From NCBI GenBank assembly GCA_965223345.1, contig CBDCWG010000012.1, positions 96,001 to 160,000 of the forward strand: a DNA stretch of 64,000 bases. The letters are read 5' to 3'. The notes below the pieces were generated by a model. The model was not told the origin of the DNA. It worked only from the letters and a program-made list of their open reading frames with translations, and made no database searches. This document shows, in pieces, positions 57,715 through 64,000 of the stretch (position 1 is its first letter; each line of letters opens with the position of its first letter). Source of the stretch: Nitrospinales bacterium (GTDB lineage: Bacteria; Nitrospinota; Nitrospinia; Nitrospinales; VA-1). A program made the translations under genes and the position numbers.

Positions 57715-59178
57715 ATGACTGCATCCCAGCCCTCTTCATGCACCGGCAGGCGCGGAGCCTGGACTCTCGGCCTGCTGACCTTTCTCGCCGCCTTGTACGC
57801 GTCTGGCGGCGTCCCCGTCCGGGCTCAGGTGGAGAACATCTCGCGCGGTGAATTCATCGCGATTCTGGCCCGCCATCAGCCGGACAACCCCCTGCTCCCC
57901 AAAGACCACGCCAAACTGAGCGACGATGATCTGTATGCCCAGACAACCCTGCGTTTGAAAAAAACCGGATTCTCGGTGCTGGACGGCAAACCCCGGGAAA
58001 CGGTTTTGAAGGAAGCCGAATACGTCACGCTGATTTACGCCTTCACCGGGGCTCCCGCCGGGAAGAGCCTGCTGGAGCAGAAACTGTTCTTAAAGGATGC
58101 GGGTATCGTCGATTCGAAGGACATCGGCCTGGCGACCGGTGTGGAGGGCAAGGTCTACCAGACGTCGAAGGGGGACAACTTCAAGCGGCGCACGCAGCTG
58201 GCCTCGCCGGTTTTCCTGAACGACCGCATCGACACCGCCGTGAACTCCAAGGTCTCGTTCACCTTCGACGACGGCAGCACGCTGTCGCTCGCGGAAAACG
58301 CCAAGGTCAACATCAGCAAACATATCTACGACCCGGAAAAGAACACCCGCCAGACCGTCATCAACGTTTCGCTCGGCGCGGTGCGTTTCGTCGTCACCAA
58401 GGCCAAAAAGGAGAAGGGCTCGTCGTTCCAGGTCGTCACGCCGGTGGGCATCGCGGGCGTGCGGGGGACGGAGTTCGTGGTGTCGGTGGACAAGGACGGC
58501 AAGACCACGTTCGTGGTTCTGGAAGGAACCATTGAAACTATGCCGGTGCTGCCCGACAAAAAACTCGGCAAACCGACGGCGGTGACACAGGGCGAAGCGC
58601 ATCAGATCGATAAGGATGGCAACAGCACCGAAGTGAAACCCGCCAGCAAGGAGCTGCTGCAGAAAGTCAAAAAAGAAACTTCGCCGCCGGCTTCGGTGGA
58701 TGTGTACCGCGGCATCACCCGTTCCATGGCCGTGCAGGCCGCCATCGCCTCGAAAAAATTCCGCACCGCCAACAAGGGCAAGATCTTTCAGGACAGCGTC
58801 GAAGGCGAAGAGGTAAAAACGACGCTGCAGCAACCGGCGAAACCCCAGGGCGGCACCGCCGCGAAACCGGCGCCCGCGCCGGCCGCCAAACCGCAGAAGA
58901 CTGCCAAGACAACAAAAGCTCCCGGCATGGTGTTTCAGAAATCGGCGGTGGATGCGGCCAAGGAAATGCAGAACGCGCCTGAAGACGCGATGAAGGAAGC
59001 GCAGCGGGCCGCAAAAGAAGTGGCGACCAAGGAAGTGAAAAAAGCCACGCTGGAAGAAGCGGCGAAGGAAGCCAAAGAAGAAGCGCGCAAGATGACCGTC
59101 GAGGAAGGCAAACGCGCCGCGGACGACGCCGCCAAGCAGATGGGGCTCTCCCCGGCTTCCAAAGCCTCCAGCCCCTGA
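57715..59178 (+). CDS. Periplasmic FecR-domain protein with low-complexity C-terminal tail
   Basis: Signal segment; FDDGSTLSL, GAVRF, TPVGIAGVRGTEF and VLEGTI FecR motifs; Ala/Lys/Glu-rich tail. Confidence 0.88.
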   Translation: MTASQPSSCTGRRGAWTLGLLTFLAALYASGGVPVRAQVENISRGEFIAILARHQPDNPLLPKDHAKLSDDDLYAQTTLRLKKTGFSVLDGKPRETVLKEAEYVTLIYAFTGAPAGKSLLEQKLFLKDAGIVDSKDIGLATGVEGKVYQTSKGDNFKRRTQLASPVFLNDRIDTAVNSKVSFTFDDGSTLSLAENAKVNISKHIYDPEKNTRQTVINVSLGAVRFVVTKAKKEKGSSFQVVTPVGIAGVRGTEFVVSVDKDGKTTFVVLEGTIETMPVLPDKKLGKPTAVTQGEAHQIDKDGNSTEVKPASKELLQKVKKETSPPASVDVYRGITRSMAVQAAIASKKFRTANKGKIFQDSVEGEEVKTTLQQPAKPQGGTAAKPAPAPAAKPQKTAKTTKAPGMVFQKSAVDAAKEMQNAPEDAMKEAQRAAKEVATKEVKKATLEEAAKEAKEEARKMTVEEGKRAADDAAKQMGLSPASKASSP

Positions 59179-59453
59179 AACCTGCACGGCCTAAAAAGGC
59201 CTCACACGCAACTCCGTCTCCCCACCACGCAACCACCACCTGACATTCCGACTGCAAACGCACGGCGCTGAGACACGCTGACGCTATGCCTGTGGATTCG
59301 ACAGAGCGCTGCCTCAAACGGTCAGAGCTGCCGGGATTCGGGTGTTTGGATCAGCGGATGATAAGGGAGATGCTCGGAATCAAAAAAAGGGGAGAGAGAG
59401 CCTTTAAGCTAAGCGGGCGGGACGCAAGGGGGATCATGCCGCCACCCGGCAGG

Positions 59454-60959
59454 TCACATTTTGAACTCGAAGCCCAGCTGGATGATGTTCTCGTCGAAGT
59501 TGGAACTCGCCTGGTTGGAATCGCTGTTGATGTACTGGTAGTCCAGCTTGAGGTCCAGACGCTTCATGATTTCCTGCGACAGGCCCATCTTCAGATAGAG
59601 TCTTTGATCCTCCCGCGGCGTTCCGATGTCGGGAGTCAGGTTGTCGTAATCGCGCAGCTGGTATTCCACGGCCATGCCGAAGCGCGCCTGCCGGAACACG
59701 GGCACTTGGTAGCGCACGGAAAACTGGTGACCGAGGAAGTCGAACTCTTCGTCCTTGGCGCTTTCCGACTCCAACCGGTATCCCATGGACACGTAGGACT
59801 GGCGGCCGTTGAAAAACAGGAAATGATCGACGCCGACGCCGTGGTTCACCGCATCGCGACGGTCGTCGGTGAAGTATTTTTTGTCCTGAAAGCTGTACTG
59901 GAAAAACGTGTAGGAGTTGTTCAGCAGCGAAAGTCCGATTCCCGGGTTGAGGTTGTGGATGCCGAGAAACCGGTCCTCATCCAGCGTACTGACCGTGTAG
60001 CTGTAGTTGCTGTTGAAGTCGAAGCGTCCGATCTTCCTTCCGCCGCCCAGGTTGAAGCGGTGCAACTCCAGATCCAGATCCTGCCTGTCCTGATACAGCT
60101 GCTGGAACAGGCCGTACCCGGTGTCCGGCGCGATATCGCGGTTTTCAAAGTAGTCGTAGCTGCCCTTCAAACCCGCAAGCCAGGAGGCCTGTTTCGAGGG
60201 ACCGGGCACGAGCGGATTGTCGTCGCTCACAGGAGCGGGGCTGTCGGTGAAGGAAAAGCCGAAACTGGTGCCGAGCGTCCGCCGCCGGCTGCTCTCGACC
60301 GTGCGTTCTTCGAGAATGTCGAGAAACTGTTCGGAGTTCCTCGCCGTCTCGCTGCGCGGATCGACGCGCATGGCCAGCGCGAAAGTGTCTCTCGCCTTGC
60401 GGCTTTCACCCATCTTGTGGTTGTTCAGGCCGATGTTGAAAAGCGCAAGCTGGTTGAATTCCCGGTCCTGCCCCATCGCCTCGCGAAAGTAGGCGTTGGA
60501 TTTGGCGTAGTCGCCCTTGCGCTGAAACAGCAGGCCGGAGAAAAAATTGGCCGGGCTGTTTTCGGGGTCGTTTTTCAACACGCTGGAAAAATGGTGCAGC
60601 GCCAGGTTGTATTTTTTCAGGTTGTAGTATGCGATGCCGATGCTCAGGTGCGCTTCCGAGAAATACGGATCGAGCTGGATGGCTTTGTTGAAGTACTGGA
60701 TGGCGCGGTGGTAGCGCTGCAGCTTGCTGAGCTTCAAACCGATCTGATAATGCCCCAACGGAGAGGTGGGTTCTTTCGAACGGTTCAGGCGGGCGTGGCG
60801 GTTCGCAGGCAGCTTGGCGATGGGGCCTGAAGATGCGGCCTTGTAACTGGAAGCGAGATCGAAACGCTCCGCCGCAGCCGTCTGGGGCACCCAGAGGCAA
60901 AGAGCCAGCACAAGCGATCGCAGTATCCAGTTGACGTTTGCTTTCAAGAGAATGCCCAT
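59454..60959 (-). CDS. TPR plus outer-membrane beta-barrel protein (SLAM/porin-like)
   Basis: Signal peptide, about four TPRs, amphipathic beta strands ending LGFEFKM. Confidence 0.82.
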   Translation of the reverse strand: MGILLKANVNWILRSLVLALCLWVPQTAAAERFDLASSYKAASSGPIAKLPANRHARLNRSKEPTSPLGHYQIGLKLSKLQRYHRAIQYFNKAIQLDPYFSEAHLSIGIAYYNLKKYNLALHHFSSVLKNDPENSPANFFSGLLFQRKGDYAKSNAYFREAMGQDREFNQLALFNIGLNNHKMGESRKARDTFALAMRVDPRSETARNSEQFLDILEERTVESSRRRTLGTSFGFSFTDSPAPVSDDNPLVPGPSKQASWLAGLKGSYDYFENRDIAPDTGYGLFQQLYQDRQDLDLELHRFNLGGGRKIGRFDFNSNYSYTVSTLDEDRFLGIHNLNPGIGLSLLNNSYTFFQYSFQDKKYFTDDRRDAVNHGVGVDHFLFFNGRQSYVSMGYRLESESAKDEEFDFLGHQFSVRYQVPVFRQARFGMAVEYQLRDYDNLTPDIGTPREDQRLYLKMGLSQEIMKRLDLKLDYQYINSDSNQASSNFDENIIQLGFEFKM

Positions 60960-61369
60960 CCGGTAATTACTTGTTATTGTAATCAAGCACTCCATCCCCA
61001 AGTCGATGGAATTATACTTGGTTTCCAGTGAGATTCAACCTCTAAGTCGCGCCCTTTTAACTCTATAAAATTCATAGCCTTGCAGACCGGTTTTCACGGA
61101 CTTTGCGGACGCTGAATTCGGCTTTGTTACGAGGACTGATATTGCGTTTCGGATGCCCGATGTAAATGTTTGCAAAAACTGACATAAGCCGTGTCCCCGT
61201 CCTCGCTTCCAATGTTGTTTGAATCACACTTTTTTGTGACTCGAATCCTTGTCCTACCCCGCTTGAGGTACTATCTTGGGGCTACGATCGATAGCGCGGC
61301 GACGGCGACGACGAGCCCCGCAATCGACTGACAAACAAACAGATCCCGCAAACGGGATTCACGAATAAT

Positions 61370-61479
61370 AGGTCCGCCAGCAAAGTTTAATCTCCAAACT
61401 TTGTCTCCGGTTATTGACCAGATAACCTCCCTCCTTTTCCGGCCATTTGGTCAATAACCGGACGCGGGCCTCTTTTTTT
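61370..61479 (+). ncRNA. Candidate sRNA with anti-Shine-Dalgarno loop
   Basis: Outer stem, 8-bp and 15-bp perfect hairpins, CCTCCCTCCTT loop, T7 tail. Confidence 0.4.
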
Positions 61480-61851
61480 GATCCACCCCGGCTCCCCCAC
61501 CCGGCCGGGTGGCGGGAACGCTGATTCGGCTGTAAACTATCGGATACACGGACCGACGTATCATCAGCGGCCGATCGATCCCAAACACGGCAAAAACAAG
61601 GTCGAATCATTTGCGCCGCAATGGTCCGATAATTGCTCCTCTTTTTTCAGGTCCCGGCTTTCCGGGACGCCAGAATGGCAGAACGGTTGATTTTCTGTAA
61701 ATAGCCGAATCGGCTGGGATTTTTTGTCCTAATACCCGATTCAGGTCACATATAAATATTAACAAAAATTTATAAAAATTATAACTAAAATCACTTAAAT
61801 GCTGCGAATACTGTGCTAGTATTGGTCCCAAATTAAATTCCGTAGGAGGCC

Positions 61852-62637
61852 ATGATGACCCGTTTCGCGTCTGTTTTCATCTCGTTGTGTTTTTTGCTGT
61901 CCTGCGCGCATCCCCCCGATCCGTCCATCGGCTCAAGCGCCGGGACGAACGCCCCGATCGTTGAAGAAGCGGGACTTTTTTCATCCTCCTCCGGGGTTTC
62001 CAACCAGGAGTCCCTGCTGAACGAAGCGATCCAGCTCTTGAACGGCATGATCCATTCCCCCAACCGCACCGTGAATCAGGAAATGCTGGCGCACGCCAAG
62101 GGCATCGCGCTGTTTCCCCTGGTGGTGGAGGAGGAATACACCAGCAAGGCGGCGTTCGGCAACGGGGTCGTGTCTCTGCGCTCGCAGGACACCGGGGAAT
62201 GGGGGCCGCCGGTGTTTCACAAGCTGATGGGCGTCACCTTCGGCCAGTGGGCGGGGCTCACGGCCTGGGACATGGTGTTCGTGGTGGTGTCGGATAAGGG
62301 CCGCAGCGCGCTGACCCGGCCGGCCTACCAGTTCGGTCAGGAAGTCAGCACGGCGTATGGGCCGGTCGAGCTGCACGCCAAAACCATCCGCCCGTATCTC
62401 AGCAAACGGGATCTGTACGTCTACTCCCGCTCGCAGGGGGCGTTTGTGGGGATTTCACCGGGCGGCGGGATGATCAACAACCTGGACGGGTTCAACAAGA
62501 GCTTCTACGGCGATGGCTACACGTCCCAGGAAATCCTGACGCAGCAGAAGGAAATTCCGCTTCCACCTGCCGCGAAAAAATTCATGGAAGAGCTGAACCG
62601 CCTGGCTCCCAAAGGAAGCAACAAAAGCGAGACCTGA
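61852..62637 (+). CDS. Lipid-binding SYLF (Ysc84) domain lipoprotein
   Basis: Lipobox LLSC; AKGIALFP, GNGVV, WGPP, YVYSRSQGAFVG motifs. Confidence 0.88.
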   Translation: MMTRFASVFISLCFLLSCAHPPDPSIGSSAGTNAPIVEEAGLFSSSSGVSNQESLLNEAIQLLNGMIHSPNRTVNQEMLAHAKGIALFPLVVEEEYTSKAAFGNGVVSLRSQDTGEWGPPVFHKLMGVTFGQWAGLTAWDMVFVVVSDKGRSALTRPAYQFGQEVSTAYGPVELHAKTIRPYLSKRDLYVYSRSQGAFVGISPGGGMINNLDGFNKSFYGDGYTSQEILTQQKEIPLPPAAKKFMEELNRLAPKGSNKSET

Positions 62638-62660
62638 TTTTTTCTTAGATCAAACGCAGA

Positions 62661-62693
62661 AAGCCGGCCCGGAAACTCCGGGGCCGGCTTTTT
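62661..62693. terminator. Bidirectional terminator between convergent genes
   Basis: AAGCCGGCCC...GGGCCGGCTT flanked by A and T runs. Confidence 0.8.
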
Positions 62694-62723
62694 GTGTGTG
62701 TGAAGATGTGTAGTTGCGGCCGG

Positions 62724-63512
62724 TCAATTGGGAATGATGTTGATGAACTTCAGGTTCGGCAGCGTCGCGGATTTTTCGATCGCCTGGGCGGCGTCCACAT
62801 CGATCGGGTTGCCCACCGCTTCCAGGCTTTCCAGGCTTTTCAGGTTTTCCGATTGCAAAATGGCCTGCATGCCCTCGGGGCCGATCTGGTTTCTGTAGAT
62901 ATCGAGTTGCTTCAGGTTGCCGAGATTCGGCGAGGCCGCGATCGCTTTGGCGCCCGCGTCGCCGATCCCGTTGCCGTCCACGCTCAACAGGGTGAGCCCG
63001 GCGATATTGGGGGACTGCATGAGCGCGATCAGGCCTTCATCGCCGATGCCGTTGCGGGTGAGTTTGAGTTCTTTCAGATTCGAAAGATTCGGCGAGGCCG
63101 CGATCGCTTTCGCGCCTTCCGCGGTGATGCCGTTGCCCCACAGGTTGAGCAGCTCGACGTGCTGAAAGGTCTGCGACTCCGCCAGGATCTTCACGCCTTC
63201 ATCGCCCAGCTTGTTGCCAAGCAGGGCCAGGGACACGACCTGATCGAGCGCGGGGGTCGCCGCCAGGATGGTCATGCCTTTGACGCCGATCTGCGATCCG
63301 TTGAGGTTGATGCCCTTGCCGTCCGGGCTGGTGCGCTGCTGGATGTGCTTGGGAATGTCCGCAGGCGGTCCCTTGGGCCGGCCGTAACCGTGATGCCCGC
63401 CGCCGCGTTTTCCGCCTTTGCCGCCATGGCTGCCGGGATCTTTGGCCGGGCTGACTTCGGCGATGAAAAACACCAGCGCCAGCGGCACCGCTACCTTCAA
63501 AAAATTTCGCAT
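62724..63512 (-). CDS. Secreted leucine-rich repeat protein (28-aa RI/GALA-like LRRs)
   Basis: Signal peptide; LxLxxNxIGxxGxxAIA repeats with 28-aa period. Confidence 0.9.
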   Translation of the reverse strand: MRNFLKVAVPLALVFFIAEVSPAKDPGSHGGKGGKRGGGHHGYGRPKGPPADIPKHIQQRTSPDGKGINLNGSQIGVKGMTILAATPALDQVVSLALLGNKLGDEGVKILAESQTFQHVELLNLWGNGITAEGAKAIAASPNLSNLKELKLTRNGIGDEGLIALMQSPNIAGLTLLSVDGNGIGDAGAKAIAASPNLGNLKQLDIYRNQIGPEGMQAILQSENLKSLESLEAVGNPIDVDAAQAIEKSATLPNLKFINIIPN

Positions 63513-63516
63513 CGTT

Positions 63517-64000
63517 TCACTCTCCAGATTGGGGTCTCAGGACACAACGGAACCCGATGTACTTGTGGCGCTGATCGGGAATGGCCTTGCCGCGAATCGG
63601 CGATCGGGCCAGGTCCATATTGGAATGCCAGGACCCTCCTTTGATGACTTTCAATTCCGTTCCGTACATATCGTTTTCGTGCTGGTTGCCCTCGTAGGGC
63701 AGGTACCAGTCCGTGGTCCATTCGAAGGTGTTCCCGGCCAGGTCCGAGATGCCGTAAGGGCTGTCGCCTTCCGGGATGCTTCCCACCGGAGCGGGATAGC
63801 GGTATCCGTCGTCCATGCCGCGCACGTTGGAAAGGATCGGGTCGTTCTCGTTGCCCCAGGGGTAATACCGCCCGTCGCTGCCGCGCGCGGCCTTCTCCCA
63901 TTCCTCTTCGGTGGGCAGCCGCTTGCCTTTCCATTTGCAGTATTCCACCGCTTCCTGCCAGGTGATGCCGACCACCGGCTGCTTGGGCTTGCTGAACTGG
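63517..64000 (-). CDS. FGE-sulfatase (SUMF1) family protein, 3' part; starts beyond window end
   Basis: [32 protein letters not shown]. Confidence 0.9.
   Translation of the reverse strand, partial: QFSKPKQPVVGITWQEAVEYCKWKGKRLPTEEEWEKAARGSDGRYYPWGNENDPILSNVRGMDDGYRYPAPVGSIPEGDSPYGISDLAGNTFEWTTDWYLPYEGNQHENDMYGTELKVIKGGSWHSNMDLARSPIRGKAIPDQRHKYIGFRCVLRPQSGE

Noticed and set aside
61213..61240. TCACA/TGTGA half-sites upstream of the TPR-barrel gene as CRP sites
   Set aside because: Only one good half-site in the correct orientation; too weak without a PWM or binding data.

Overview
GC-rich bacterial chromosome segment. Gene content (many FGE-sulfatase/SUMF1 proteins, PCP_red protein, multiheme cytochrome c, csrA-fliW, CHASE2 proteins) suggests Nitrospinota or a similar diderm, but this is inference only. 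Positions 1-31.2 kb hold housekeeping and accessory genes: ABC-F, Dpp/Opp permeases, Nif3, a frameshifted membrane/spermidine-synthase-like/TPR gene, csp, yajQ, HD-GYP regulator, K+ channel, YhaO/YhaN, TetR-MMPL-LolA-like-barrel module, tetraheme cytochrome c, fliW-csrA and tRNA-Phe. A secreted caspase-coiled-coil-2xFGE protein follows. The main discovery is a ~24 kb functional-amyloid (curli-like) locus at 37.3-61 kb. Nine tandem curlin-repeat genes lie on the minus strand, divergent from csgG plus two more curlin-repeat genes; no csgC/D/E/F is recognisable in the window. Seven of the nine tandem genes, a neighbouring secreted-protein gene and csgG each have their own sigma-54 promoter. Each promoter is paired with an enhancer-like palindrome CCATGCATGG (or a close variant), 85-86 bp from the -24 box in eight cases and 95 bp in one. 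On one side of the array is a membrane-anchored CHASE2/sigma-54 activator fusion; on the other is a Crp + CHASE2 cyclase + FecR + TPR/beta-barrel trans-envelope module. The array shows block duplication, gene-conversion mosaics, an apparently identical 707-bp repeat and one decayed promoter. Two structured ncRNA candidates were also seen.
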